Assembly: GCA_023898525.1 (NCBI GenBank)
Contig: CP060227.1
Span: 957,932-1,021,931 of the forward strand
DNA: 64,000 nucleotides
Source of the DNA: Candidatus Nomurabacteria bacterium
GTDB lineage: Bacteria > Patescibacteriota > Minisyncoccia > Phycocordibacterales > UBA918
Direction of reading: 5' to 3'
The translations under genes were made by a program, and so were the position numbers. Positions 26,665-36,977 of the stretch are shown here, one piece after another. Numbering within the stretch: the first letter of the stretch is position 1; the number at the start of each line of letters is the position of its first letter. Below the pieces are notes generated by a model. The model saw only the letters and a program-made list of their open reading frames with translations. It had not been told where the DNA came from and did no database searches.

Positions 26665-27438
26665 ATGATTGAGTCAGAAAAACTGATAACAAAAGTTGGT
26701 CATCCTCAAAAATGGAATAAAGCAAATCGTGCTCGCATTGAAAAATATTATTCAATTTTTTGTGCGAAATCTTTACTTAACACTGTTATGGATCAAAATG
26801 AAGATGGGATTTGTGGTGGACCTGAGTTTGAGCTTGGGTTTGATCCTGAGGCTGAGTTTGGTCCTGATTATGAGTTTGATCCTGAGTTTAGCTGTGAGTC
26901 TGATGATGAACGCTGGCTGGAAAAAGTATTACCTGTTATTTGGTTATGTATACTTGATGGCGACGGCTTACCTGACGAAGACTTTGATACAAGTTATGTG
27001 TTGCAAGAATACGATTTGGCAAAACTTTCCTATATTTTTACTCTTTCCAAAGAAAAGAAGGATTATTATATAGGTTTTAAGGTCGCTGAACTATTTGTTC
27101 GTGCTAATCACTTCGATAAAATTTATGAATTACTTGAGTTGTGTATACGGTCCGGCTCTAGCTATTTGTATAGTACTGCAGCAGAAAGTATTCTATTTTT
27201 ATGGGGTATAGAAGATCACTTTATTAAAGTGGACCGTACACAATCTTTAATTTGTATCATGATTGATAATTCTATGAATTATAATCTTGGTTTAGATGCA
27301 GCTGCTTTAATTTCTCTGATACAAGATGGTGACCTGAAAAAAAAGCTTGCTAGAAGTTTTCATGCGAAGTTTCTTTTTAATGGGGAGTTTTTAGATTACT
27401 TCAAATCCTTAGGTTTAATGAAGTTGATTAAGTCCTAA
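26665..27438 (+). CDS. Hypothetical protein with an acidic FE(L/F)GFDPE repeat region
   Basis: 257 aa. Lies adjacent to IS30 copy 1. Confidence 0.4.
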   Translation: MIESEKLITKVGHPQKWNKANRARIEKYYSIFCAKSLLNTVMDQNEDGICGGPEFELGFDPEAEFGPDYEFDPEFSCESDDERWLEKVLPVIWLCILDGDGLPDEDFDTSYVLQEYDLAKLSYIFTLSKEKKDYYIGFKVAELFVRANHFDKIYELLELCIRSGSSYLYSTAAESILFLWGIEDHFIKVDRTQSLICIMIDNSMNYNLGLDAAALISLIQDGDLKKKLARSFHAKFLFNGEFLDYFKSLGLMKLIKS

Positions 27439-27493
27439 GATTGATTTGAATCAGCACCCGCAGAACAGAATTGTTTTGCGGGTTGTTTTATTA

Positions 27494-29854
27494 TCACCCC
27501 TGTTTCAATAACTCCACCGCCACTTCTAAAGTCAAATCTTCGGTTTTGATTTCGTCAGGGATACTGATGCGTTTGAAGCCTTTTTTGAGATAGCGGCCGG
27601 ATTTTGATTCGAAGACATTGACCAGCTTTCTGGTCGCTGGATTTACACCTAGCTCTTTAATCAAAGTTTCACCTTTACGGGTACCTTTTGGCTCTTTGTA
27701 GATTTCGAGCGCGCGTTCGTAGGTGACGGTGTAGGGGTTGTCATCACCTTTTAGAGAGCGAAAATCACCAGCGTGAGCCAAGTATGGACCGTACTGGCCG
27801 GTATTGGCTACGATAGGCTCACCAGTGGTAGGGTGCGCGCCTAGTTCGCGAGGCAGGGTTAGATACATCACTGCGTCTTTTAGAGTGACGTCTTCTGGCT
27901 TGACGCCAGCTGGTAGGGAAGCGCGTTTTGGTTTGGCTTGTTTTTTACCTTTTACTTTTTCCGGAGTTTCACCAAGTTGAACATAAGGGCCGAACTTTCC
28001 GTTCATAACAAAAATCGGTTCGCCAGTGTCTGGGTGGTTGCCGATTGGTTCGTCTGGTTTCATTTCGCTACCATCTATCAGTCTCGCTCCGTTACAATCA
28101 GGAAAGCGACTACAAGACAAGAAAGTTCCGGCTTTACCAAGCTTGATGATCATATCAGCACCACAATCCGGACAAGGAAAACCTTTTGGTCCTGGGCCGA
28201 GGTTGGTTAGTTTTTCGATATCTTCTTTATCGGCTACGGCCTTTTGGAATGGTTTATAAAAATCTTTTAGAGTCTTGGCGTACTCGCGGTCACCTTCGGC
28301 TATTTCGTCGAGCTCAGTTTCCATTTCACTGGTAAAGGTGTCGCTGATGTAGTCAGCAAAATGTTGCTCAAGGAATGAAGAAACCACGTCGCCGGTGTCG
28401 GTCGGAATCAGAGTACGACCTTCTTTGGTGACATAACCACGATCGGTAATAGTCTTCATAATAGAAGCGTAAGTAGATGGTCGGCCGATACCGCGTTTTT
28501 CGAGTTCTTTGATCAGACCAGCTTCGGTGTAGCGGTTTGGTGGTTGGGTTTGTTTGGCTTCGATGTCGATCTTCTTTAGATCAAGTGGGTCACCAGTGGT
28601 TAGTTTTGGCACTTCAGTATCTTCGCCACGAGCGGTAGTGTCGACCTTAAGCCAACCATCAAAAATAATGCGAGAACCGGTGACAGCAAAGTCAGGAATG
28701 GTTTCCTTAGCATTATCGATATTAGCGGTGATCTTGGTGCGTTTGGCGATCGCGTCAGACATTTGTGAGGCTACGGTACGTTTCCAGATTAATTCGTACA
28801 AAGCTTTTTGATCGGCGGTGCTACCGGCACTACGAATAGCAAAGTTGGTCGGGCGTACAGCTTCGTGGGCTTCTTGAGCGGATTTGCTCTTTGTTTTGTA
28901 TTTTCGTGGTTGAACGTAGTCTTTACCATACTCTTTGTTTAGTAGAGCTAAGATTTGTTTTTCTGCAACGGCGCTGATGGTCGTACTGTCGGTACGCATG
29001 TAGGTGATATGTCCGGCTTCGTAGAGTTTTTGCGCCGCGCCCATGGTGCGAGATGGCGCAAAACCTAGGCGGGTTGAAGCGACCTGTTGCAAAGTAGAAG
29101 TAGTGAAAGGTGGACGCGGCGTACGCTTGACCTCGGTCTCTTTAAGACCGGTAACTTTCCATTTGTTAGCTTCACCGACTTTTTTGATTCTTTTTGATTC
29201 TTTCTGCTCCTTTGGCTCAACCGAACAAAGGAAAGGAATGTTAGTCTTACCAGCTTTCATGTCAGCGGTCAGGGTGAAGTAGTCTTCTGGGATAAAGGCG
29301 CGAATTTCTCGCTCGCGTTCCATCACGATACGAAGAGCCGGGGATTGTACGCGACCAGCCGATAGACCGTAGCGAACTTTTTTCCAGATAAGGCCAGATA
29401 GGTCGTAGCCTACTAGGCGGTCGAGTACGCGACGGGCTTCCTGGGCTTCTTTTAGGTGGAGGTCAATTTTGCGTGGATGAGCGATGGCTTCTTTGACAGC
29501 ATCTTCGGTAATTTCGTTGAAAACCACTCGCTTGAGGTTTTTGTTTTCTTTTTTTATTAGTTCAGCCACGTGCCAAGCAATCGCCTCTCCTTCACGGTCG
29601 GGGTCGGAGGCGAGTAGTACGGCATCAGCTTTTTCGGCGGCGGCTTTTAATCCATCGATTACTTTGCCTTTACCGGGGGAAATAATGTAACGCGGTATAA
29701 AACCGCCCTCGATGTCGACGGCGTCAGTATTGCTTTTTGGTAGGTCGCGGACGTGTCCAATAGAGGACATAACCTTATAATCTTTGCCTAAATATTTTTC
29801 GATGGTCTTCGCCTTGGCTGGAGACTCAACGATTACTAAAGTTTGTTTACTCAT
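27494..29854 (-). CDS. topA: DNA topoisomerase I
   Basis: TOPRIM domain, catalytic Tyr region and C-terminal Cx2C zinc ribbons. 786 aa. Confidence 0.95.
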   Translation of the reverse strand: MSKQTLVIVESPAKAKTIEKYLGKDYKVMSSIGHVRDLPKSNTDAVDIEGGFIPRYIISPGKGKVIDGLKAAAEKADAVLLASDPDREGEAIAWHVAELIKKENKNLKRVVFNEITEDAVKEAIAHPRKIDLHLKEAQEARRVLDRLVGYDLSGLIWKKVRYGLSAGRVQSPALRIVMEREREIRAFIPEDYFTLTADMKAGKTNIPFLCSVEPKEQKESKRIKKVGEANKWKVTGLKETEVKRTPRPPFTTSTLQQVASTRLGFAPSRTMGAAQKLYEAGHITYMRTDSTTISAVAEKQILALLNKEYGKDYVQPRKYKTKSKSAQEAHEAVRPTNFAIRSAGSTADQKALYELIWKRTVASQMSDAIAKRTKITANIDNAKETIPDFAVTGSRIIFDGWLKVDTTARGEDTEVPKLTTGDPLDLKKIDIEAKQTQPPNRYTEAGLIKELEKRGIGRPSTYASIMKTITDRGYVTKEGRTLIPTDTGDVVSSFLEQHFADYISDTFTSEMETELDEIAEGDREYAKTLKDFYKPFQKAVADKEDIEKLTNLGPGPKGFPCPDCGADMIIKLGKAGTFLSCSRFPDCNGARLIDGSEMKPDEPIGNHPDTGEPIFVMNGKFGPYVQLGETPEKVKGKKQAKPKRASLPAGVKPEDVTLKDAVMYLTLPRELGAHPTTGEPIVANTGQYGPYLAHAGDFRSLKGDDNPYTVTYERALEIYKEPKGTRKGETLIKELGVNPATRKLVNVFESKSGRYLKKGFKRISIPDEIKTEDLTLEVAVELLKQG

Positions 29855-29880
29855 ATATTAGTCCTGTAACAAATACTAGG

Positions 29881-29917
29881 AATGAGGAATAAAGTCAACT
29901 GTTAGGGTGTTGAGGGG
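29881..29917. repeat. R38 direct repeat copy 1
   Basis: aatgaggaataaagtcaactgttagggtgttgagggg. A second copy lies at 30425-30460 (1 mismatch). Confidence 0.7.
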
Positions 29918-29996
29918 TGTTTAGAATAAATAAATATCGACATAATTTATTTGTTATGTTACCTTCTCTTCAGATTAACAAAGAGAGGTGATTAAA

Positions 29997-30149
29997 ATGG
30001 CAGAAGCAAGAATAGGTTGCAATAATGATTTAAAAAACCAAGGAAAAGATTGTTATTATGTGTCTCGTGAGGAGTATAGTTTTAAAGTGAATAGAAATGT
30101 TTCTAAATATTTACATAGTGATGGTATTTGGAGAAGGAGTACATCGTAA
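29997..30149 (+). CDS. Small protein (50 aa) with a strong RBS, followed by a 25-aa ORF (30159-30236) and a terminator (30262-30295)
   Basis: AGAGAGGTGA lies 7 nt upstream of the ATG. Protein: MAEARIGCNNDLKNQGKDCYYVSREEYSFKVNRNVSKYLHSDGIWRRSTS. Confidence 0.3.
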   Translation: MAEARIGCNNDLKNQGKDCYYVSREEYSFKVNRNVSKYLHSDGIWRRSTS

Positions 30150-30338
30150 TTATTAACGATGAAGAAATTTTTTCTGGTTACTTTCCGACTAGAGAAAGTG
30201 CTCAGAAAGCTCTTGATAAAGCATCATAAATTTTAATACTATTTTCATTTGATTTCACAAAGAAAGCCATGTTCGCTACATGGCTTTTATTTTTTACCGA
30301 TTCTACAACTCAGATACTAGATTTATAATGTGGTGAAT

Positions 30339-30421
30339 CATACTTTACATACCCCTGCATTTCCATATTCATCAGCAATATTCCAGCTTCTGCAGTTGGG
30401 ATATTTAGTTGTCTGATAAAG
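30339..30421. repeat. R85 direct repeat copy 1 (duplicate of the dprA 3' end)
   Basis: About 92% identical to 30882-30964. Contains the hairpin atattccag...ttgggatat. Confidence 0.7.
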
Positions 30422-30424
30422 AAA

Positions 30425-30460
30425 AATGAGGAATAAAGTCAACTGATAGGGTGTTGAGGG
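30425..30460. repeat. R38 direct repeat copy 2
   Basis: Lies immediately after R85 copy 1. Confidence 0.7.
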
Positions 30461-30550
30461 ATATCTAACATTATAAATTGTTGAAGTTCCTTGTTTAAAA
30501 AAACGCTTATATTCCGAATATTTGGATAATATAAGCGTTAGATATAAATA

Positions 30551-30865
30551 TTATTTTAGTTTAATTAATTTTATTCTTTTTCTCATTCTTTCTTCTTCCT
30601 CTTTACGTATATCTTTGTAATACTGACCGCTTTTTCCATAATCTAAGGCATTTGCACATAAAAAAAGAAAACCTAAAAATAAAATAATGAAAATAGTAAC
30701 CAAAAAACCTTCAAGTGAAATGGTTCCATTCATATTTCCCATTAAGTGAACGGGTGGTACTGGCATGGTTATACCCCTGTAGTTGTTTTTTATCAAAAGA
30801 ATCCGATTGGGTTTTAGCACAATTGTTCTAAAAAGTAAACAACCAATAAATCTCAAATTGTACAA
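30551..30865 (-). CDS. Hypothetical membrane protein (104 aa) inside cassette-like unit 2
   Basis: ORF with one TM helix and a basic C-terminus. Confidence 0.3.
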   Translation of the reverse strand: MYNLRFIGCLLFRTIVLKPNRILLIKNNYRGITMPVPPVHLMGNMNGTISLEGFLVTIFIILFLGFLFLCANALDYGKSGQYYKDIRKEEEERMRKRIKLIKLK

Positions 30866-31725
30866 TGATAGTAAGACATTTCACACTTTACATACCCCTG
30901 CATTTCCATATTCATCAGCAATATCCCAGCTTCCGCGACTGGGATATTTAGTTGTCTGATCAAGGTGTCGCGGTCGAGGGGTTCGTGGAGGAGTTTGATA
31001 ACTTTTTCCTCGAGTTCTGAAAGTTTTGGTCTAGCTTTTTGCTCGGCTTTTTTCTCTTCTATATTTAAGGCAAGGAGGATGTCGCTAGCGTCGGTGACCA
31101 TGGTGGCGCCGAGTTTTAGAAACTGGTGGGTACCATGAGAGTTTTTGGAAAAGATACTACCAGGGACAGCTAGTAGCTCGCGATTGTAGTCGACTGCCAT
31201 ACGGGCGGTGATTAGGGTGCCGGACTTGGCTCTGGCTTCTATTAGTATCGTAGCGTGTGCTAGACCGGCCATAAGACGGTTTCTTTGGGGGAAGGTCCAC
31301 GGGGCGGAGGCGGTTGTAGGTGGTAATTCCGACATCAGACCGCCGCCGCCCTCCACAATCCTCCTTGCCAAACTCTTATGACTGGCAGGATATAAAACTT
31401 TTTCATCCAGTCCACTACCAGGTACGGCTAGGGTGTACAGATTATTCTTGAGGGCGGCTTCGTGCGCTAGTCCATCTATGCCGAGCGCGAGGCCGGACAC
31501 AATCCCGACCGGGTAGCCAGCCAGTCCAGAAATAAGGTGCTCAACTACTTGCTTGCCGTAGGTGGTGTATTTTCGCGAGCCAACTACCGCTAGAAGCTTT
31601 AGTTCTCTCGGTGGCATTTGTCCTTGGTACCAAAGCTGCTTGGGCGGGTCGGGAATTTCGTGAAGAAGCCCAAGTCCTTTGTCTTTAAAATCACTGGGAT
31701 TTAGTTCTTTTATCTCACTTTCCAT
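30853..31725 (-). CDS. dprA: DNA-processing protein DprA
   Basis: Rossmann-like DprA core (AVVGSRKYTTYG...GLALGIDGLAHEAAL). Confidence 0.85.
   Translation of the reverse strand: MESEIKELNPSDFKDKGLGLLHEIPDPPKQLWYQGQMPPRELKLLAVVGSRKYTTYGKQVVEHLISGLAGYPVGIVSGLALGIDGLAHEAALKNNLYTLAVPGSGLDEKVLYPASHKSLARRIVEGGGGLMSELPPTTASAPWTFPQRNRLMAGLAHATILIEARAKSGTLITARMAVDYNRELLAVPGSIFSKNSHGTHQFLKLGATMVTDASDILLALNIEEKKAEQKARPKLSELEEKVIKLLHEPLDRDTLIRQLNIPVAEAGILLMNMEMQGYVKCEMSYYHCTI
30882..30964. repeat. R85 direct repeat copy 2 (overlaps the last 23 codons of dprA)
   Basis: The hairpin atatcccag-cttccgcga-ctgggatat lies within it. Confidence 0.7.
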
Positions 31726-31837
31726 AAATAAAGTTTAGCACGCTGTATGTTGATTATTTTAAATGGTAGATGTAGAGTAAGATAAGAATAAGTTCGTTTA
31801 ATTTTGAGATATTCTTAAAAACTGAACTCGTTCTTTT

Positions 31838-32254
31838 TTGGAGATTCTTATGAATGGTACCAATATATTAAAGCTATTCACTACTGGAGAACAAATATAT
31901 GATCGTGTTCGTACTTGGGATTTATCAAAGATAAAAGAATACGTTGTAAGTAAAGGGTTGTGTACAGATTCTGAAATAGACGCTATTGAAGCTGAGTATA
32001 AAAGATATTTGGCTATATGTTTTACGTTTCCGGAACAAGCATTCCCTACACCTGCAAAGATTGATATTTTGTGGCATCAACATATTTTGTTTACGCAAGA
32101 CTATGCGGATATGTGTGAAATTACTGGCGGTCGTTTTTTACATCATTTCCCATTTAGTGATGACAAGATGTTTAGTTTACTTGATAATCAATTACTTAAA
32201 CAAAAATATGTTGATATGTTCGGTGAAAAACCAAATAGTTTATGGGATTGTTAA
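31838..32254 (+). CDS. DUF1399/GRDP-like protein
   Basis: Motif DILWHQHILFTQDY. Confidence 0.35.
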   Translation: MEILMNGTNILKLFTTGEQIYDRVRTWDLSKIKEYVVSKGLCTDSEIDAIEAEYKRYLAICFTFPEQAFPTPAKIDILWHQHILFTQDYADMCEITGGRFLHHFPFSDDKMFSLLDNQLLKQKYVDMFGEKPNSLWDC

Positions 32255-32360
32255 TGGTTTATGTAGCCCGAATCCAAATTGTGAGGGTAAATCCTAGTTA
32301 AAATATTTTCACTCTTGACTTTTTTGTTGAGAGTGAATTTATATATAATATATACAAATT

Positions 32361-32918
32361 ATGAATACAAAATGGACAAGTTATTATTCAAATACAAATA
32401 CAAAAAGCGCTCGTCCCTTGCTTGTTGAGGCCATGCCTTATGTAAATAATGGTAAATATGCACTTGATTTAGGTTGCGGTGCAGGTAACGATACTATTTT
32501 TTTAAGAGAAAACGGTTTTACTGTGACTAGTGTAGATAGTTCATTAGAAGTTAAAAAGTATATTCCGGATGTAATAATTTCTACTTTTGAGGATTTTTCT
32601 TTTTCCACTGATAAATACGATATTGTAAATGCTCAATATTCATTACCTTTTAATTCACCAGATAGTTTTCATAAAGTGTTTGATAAAATAACTAAGTCAC
32701 TAAGGTTAGGAGGAATTTTTGTCGGTCAATTTTTTGGTGATAGTGATGAATGGTCCAAAAATAAAGACATGTCTTTCTATACAAAAGATAAAGTGTTGGA
32801 GTTTTTTAATCAGTATCATATCCATGTATTCAGAGAAAAAAAGGAGAATGGTAGATTGGCTTCTGGTGAAGCAAAATTTTGGCACGTTTTTAGTATTATT
32901 GCTGAAAAAACAAATTAA
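32361..32918 (+). CDS. SAM-dependent methyltransferase (TehB-like)
   Basis: Motif I LDLGCGAGNDTIFL. 185 aa. Confidence 0.6.
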   Translation: MNTKWTSYYSNTNTKSARPLLVEAMPYVNNGKYALDLGCGAGNDTIFLRENGFTVTSVDSSLEVKKYIPDVIISTFEDFSFSTDKYDIVNAQYSLPFNSPDSFHKVFDKITKSLRLGGIFVGQFFGDSDEWSKNKDMSFYTKDKVLEFFNQYHIHVFREKKENGRLASGEAKFWHVFSIIAEKTN

Positions 32919-32987
32919 ATTTATAGTTTAAAGATTTTCAGGTTAAGGTATAATCATAAAGATTAAAATAGGGCTATAATTGCATTT

Positions 32988-34253
32988 ATGTTAGATATTA
33001 AATTTATTCGCGAAAACGCAGATTTGGTGAAAATGGCAGCCAAGAAAAAGAAGATCAATGTTGATATTGATAAGTTAATCAGTCTGGATGACCAACGGCG
33101 GGAGCTGATGACGGTGATTGAAGGGAAGCGGGCTGAACAAAACCGTGTATCAGCTGAAATTGCTCAGTCAGGAGCTGACGAGAATAAACGAAATGAATTG
33201 ATCCGAGAAATGCAGGAGCTAAAGACTGATCTTCATATTAATGAAGAAGACTTGAAGCCGGTGATGAAAAAATGGCAAAAACTGATGCTACAGGTCCCAA
33301 ATATTCCAGACATGTCTGTACCGGACGGCGATAGTGACGCAGATAATCAAGAAATCAAGACTTGGGGGGAGCAAACAAAGTTCTCGTTTGCGGCTAAAGA
33401 CCATGTTGAGCTAATGACTAAGCATCAATTAGCGGATTTTGAGCGTGGTGTGAAGGTGCATGGTTTTCGTGGCTATTTCTTGCGCGGTGATGGAGCGCGT
33501 TTGTCTTGGGCGATTTGGAATTATGCCAATCAGTTTTTTCAGGCTAAGGGCTTTGAACCGCTGCTGGGTCCGACGATTGTGCGTAAAAGTAATTTATACG
33601 GTACCGGCCATCTACCAAACGATGCCGAGGATGTCTATAAGACTCAAGACGATGACTATTTAATCGGGACGAGCGAAGTGTCGACTATGGGCTTTTATGC
33701 TGATGAGATTATTGAGCAGTCACAATTCCCAATCAAATTCTTATCTTTCTCTCCTTGTTATCGACGAGAAGCCGGTAGTCATGGTAAAGACACAAAGGGT
33801 CTGATTCGAGTACATGAGTTTAACAAGGTGGAACAGGTGGTTTTTTGTGAAGCTTCACACGAGGAGAGTGTAAGATTGCATGAAGAAATTAATCGTAACA
33901 CTGAAGAATTTATTGAATCTTTGGGTATTCCGTATCGCACGGTAGTGAACTGTGGTGGTGACTTGGGACAAGGACAAGTGAAGAAATATGATATTGAGCT
34001 TTGGGTACCAGGTGAGAAAACTTATCGAGAGATCAGCTCAGCTTCCTACTTCCACGACTTCCAAACTCGTCGCTTCAATATCCGCTATCGTGACGCTGAG
34101 GGTAAGATGCGCTACGCTCACTCTCTAAACTGTACTGCCATCCCAACTCCGCGTATCTTGGTCTCCTTGATCGAAAACTTCCAGCAAGAAGACGGTTCAA
34201 TCGTGATACCGGAAGCGCTACGACCATTTATGGGTAAGGATAAGATCGGATAG
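32988..34253 (+). CDS. serS: Seryl-tRNA synthetase
   Basis: N-terminal coiled-coil and class II motifs (…FRGYFLRG…, …GSHGKDTKGLIRVHEF…). 421 aa. Confidence 0.95.
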   Translation: MLDIKFIRENADLVKMAAKKKKINVDIDKLISLDDQRRELMTVIEGKRAEQNRVSAEIAQSGADENKRNELIREMQELKTDLHINEEDLKPVMKKWQKLMLQVPNIPDMSVPDGDSDADNQEIKTWGEQTKFSFAAKDHVELMTKHQLADFERGVKVHGFRGYFLRGDGARLSWAIWNYANQFFQAKGFEPLLGPTIVRKSNLYGTGHLPNDAEDVYKTQDDDYLIGTSEVSTMGFYADEIIEQSQFPIKFLSFSPCYRREAGSHGKDTKGLIRVHEFNKVEQVVFCEASHEESVRLHEEINRNTEEFIESLGIPYRTVVNCGGDLGQGQVKKYDIELWVPGEKTYREISSASYFHDFQTRRFNIRYRDAEGKMRYAHSLNCTAIPTPRILVSLIENFQQEDGSIVIPEALRPFMGKDKIG

Positions 34254-34254
34254 T

Positions 34255-34593
34255 ATGGCAACAATTGAAGATTTTGAAAAGGTTGATATCAGACTAGGGA
34301 AGATTGTCGAGGTGCAGGATTTTCCGGAGGCGCGCAAACCAGCGTACAAACTAAAGATTGATTTTGGTGAGGAAATAGGTGTGAAAAATTCGAGTGTACA
34401 GCTCGTGGGTACTTATGAAAAAACGGAACTGGAAGGGCTTTTAGTAGCGTGCGTGGTAAACTTTCCACCTAGACAAGTTGGTCCGTTTATCTCTGAGGTT
34501 CTGACTTTAGGCTTTAAAAATCAGGCTGGTGACGGGTATGTGTTGGTGACTCCATCTAAGGAGACGGTAAGGGTGGGTGATAGGCTGTGTTAA
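34255..34593 (+). CDS. tRNA-binding domain protein (Trbp111/CsaA-like OB fold)
   Basis: 112 aa. Motif VDIRLGKIVEV...KLKIDFGEE. Confidence 0.7.
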   Translation: MATIEDFEKVDIRLGKIVEVQDFPEARKPAYKLKIDFGEEIGVKNSSVQLVGTYEKTELEGLLVACVVNFPPRQVGPFISEVLTLGFKNQAGDGYVLVTPSKETVRVGDRLC

Positions 34594-35740
34594 AAAACTC
34601 CCAGGGTAAACCGAGAGTTTGTGTTCAACAATAATTTATTCAATTTGCTCTCGCTCTTTGCGAGAGGTGAATAACCAAATGAGAATAAATAATATGTAAA
34701 TTGCAATTCCAGATAATACTACCTTAAATTGGTCTAACATTCTTCTTTCTCCTTGTACATTACTCAATCTCGGCTTCGCCAAAAAATCCTGCAATTTTTT
34801 TTGGTGCGACAAGAATAATTACTGATAGTAACAAAAGTGCTGCTAAAGCCTTGTAGTCATATTTAAAGATCATTTGATGCCTCCCAGTAGAAATTTACTG
34901 TGATTTATTTATAACACATCTACAGATTATGTAAAGCGTTTTTTGAGCAAATAGGGTGTTTTTGAAAAGATGGCAAGGATTTTGGTCCTTGTATTTACCA
35001 GATTACAAAGTGATAATCATGTCGCTATTGGATTTATTTTAAGAATCGTGGTATAAACCAAAAGTATTCATAACTCTCAAAAAGGAGGAAGACATGAATA
35101 TATTGAAGATATTGGTCTCTAACCGGATAGCCCTTGCACATTCAATAGTGTTTTTATGCACAGGGAGTCTTATACTTAGTTCATGGTTTAGCACACCGCT
35201 ACCATTTATCGGGTATGTTCTTTATCTGATTATAATTAATTATGCAGAGTATGTTCACTGGCGGGATATGAACCCAGTTCCTCTAAATAAACGCTAATTC
35301 TAGTTCAAAAACTAGTTAAAGTCCTTGATATTTTTATTGGGGACTTTGTTTTTTATTAAAGTAAGTATAAGCCTAAAAGTACAAACGGTAATAAACGAAA
35401 AAGCCGGCTCCTAAAAATACAGTGCCGGCTTTTGCTTTGTCTCATGATTCCTCTATCATCTTTACCTCTGCGATGGCAGCGGCGGTTTCAATGGTTTTGA
35501 AACTTTGCGCAGCGGCAGAGTTAAGAGAGGTAAATGCTTCGGTGAAGAAGTGAGACAAAGCCCATAGAATTATAATAAAACCAATTGCTTTAAACATATT
35601 TGTGGATGTTAAGACCCCGACGACACTTGTTATTAATAAGTGTCAAAAATAATAAAGATGGGGCGCAATTGATTTGAAGAACCAGCTGACGGCAATATAC
35701 CACAAATTTTAAATATTGCAACTGTAAAGTCCTGAATTCT

Positions 35741-36764
35741 CACCCTAATTGCACAATCCTTTGCACCCTAATTGCACAGGTCAAGATGACATACATACTG
35801 CTTTTGTATGTCACACAAACAAATAGGACCGGAAGACTGGCCGGTTATTTCACGTATGCTCAAAGCGGGATACTCAGGAGTGGAGATTGCGCACATTATC
35901 AACAAAGATCCAAGTGCGGTTAATAGACATATTAAAGCGTATGGTGGTCGGGATAGATACGATGCTCGCGAGGTTCGCAGAAAGAAAAAACAGGCACGTA
36001 TCATTGCTATGGAAGGTACTAGAATACTCAAAGGAGTATTATTACGAGAAGTGAAACGATTATTAAAACAACACTACTCACCGGAACAGATAGTCGGAGT
36101 ACGTGATGACATCTCTGCGAGCACTATCTACCGATACATTAACGAACGAGCTCCACACCTTAAACAATTTCTTCGTTCTCAGAAAGGCAAGTATCGGCGC
36201 AAACGAGGCACCAAAATACGTGAAAAAGTTCGTGAAAGAGCCAAGAAACGTCGTATTGATGAACGACCGCCCATTATTGAACGTCGCTCCCGTTTGGGAG
36301 ATTGGGAGGGAGATACTATGCTGGGAAGAGACAAACGAGTACGTATTGTCACCTTCGTTGATCGCAGAAGCGGGTATCTAATTGCGTATCTTCTGCCAAA
36401 ATTAAATGCTACTTTACTCACTAAACTGGCGGTGGAAAAATTCAGGCGTATACCCAAAAACAAACGAAAGACCGCTACCTTTGATAACGGTACCGAGTTC
36501 AGTGACTGGGAACGGTTTGAGAAACAAACGAGTATGACTGTGTACTTTGCTTATCCATACCACTCTTGGGAGCGTGGTACCAATGAAAATACTAACGGGC
36601 TACTTCGACAATATTTTCCGAAAGACTTGGATTTCAACACCATTACTCCACAAGAACTTTCTGAAGCGGTTCGTCGTATAAATCATCGTCCTAGAAAGAG
36701 ACATAATTTCAAGTCTCCACATCAGATATTTTGGAAGTGATGGTCTGTGCAATTAGGGTGGTGA
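35741..36764 (+). mobile_element. IS30-family insertion sequence (copy 2) with identifiable inverted repeats
   Basis: The left IR caccctaattgcaca (duplicated in tandem at 35741 and 35763) pairs with the right IR tgtgcaattagggtg (36749-36763). The transposase ORF lies between them. Confidence 0.65.
35808..36740 (+). CDS. IS30-family transposase (copy 2, distinct sequence from copy 1)
   Basis: DDE context DWEGDTM, DNGTEF and a C-terminal E. 310 aa. Confidence 0.85.
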   Translation: MSHKQIGPEDWPVISRMLKAGYSGVEIAHIINKDPSAVNRHIKAYGGRDRYDAREVRRKKKQARIIAMEGTRILKGVLLREVKRLLKQHYSPEQIVGVRDDISASTIYRYINERAPHLKQFLRSQKGKYRRKRGTKIREKVRERAKKRRIDERPPIIERRSRLGDWEGDTMLGRDKRVRIVTFVDRRSGYLIAYLLPKLNATLLTKLAVEKFRRIPKNKRKTATFDNGTEFSDWERFEKQTSMTVYFAYPYHSWERGTNENTNGLLRQYFPKDLDFNTITPQELSEAVRRINHRPRKRHNFKSPHQIFWK

Positions 36765-36776
36765 TTCAAGAGTGTA

Positions 36777-36908
36777 TTGGTAACTAGACTAATTAAAATC
36801 AAGTAAAATAAGGGAATAACGGAGGTGCTACCTTAAAGAGGAGCGATGAGCGACGGGGAAAGGTTGTTCCTCGGTTATTTTCTATACAAATTAATTAGCA
36901 CAGGTGCC
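36777..36908 (-). mobile_element. MITE-1 copy (inverted orientation) immediately after the IS30 copy-2 right end
   Basis: Right TIR aattaattagcacaggtgcc. The internal sequence is the reverse complement of the 49298-49358 core. The left TIR is degenerate (ggtaactagactaattaaaa). Confidence 0.45.
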
Positions 36909-36977
36909 TTTCTAGTATTCTATATACTCTGAATATTCAGCTACCGCCACACACTTTTCGTGTGATAACATAAGCGG

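Noticed and set aside
36746-36796. MITE-1 as a direct derivative of IS30 copy 2
   Set aside because: The shared 12-mer (CTGTGC(T)AATTA) is in the opposite order relative to the element termini, so simple deletion-derivative ancestry is not supported. It is kept only as a weak note in the findings.
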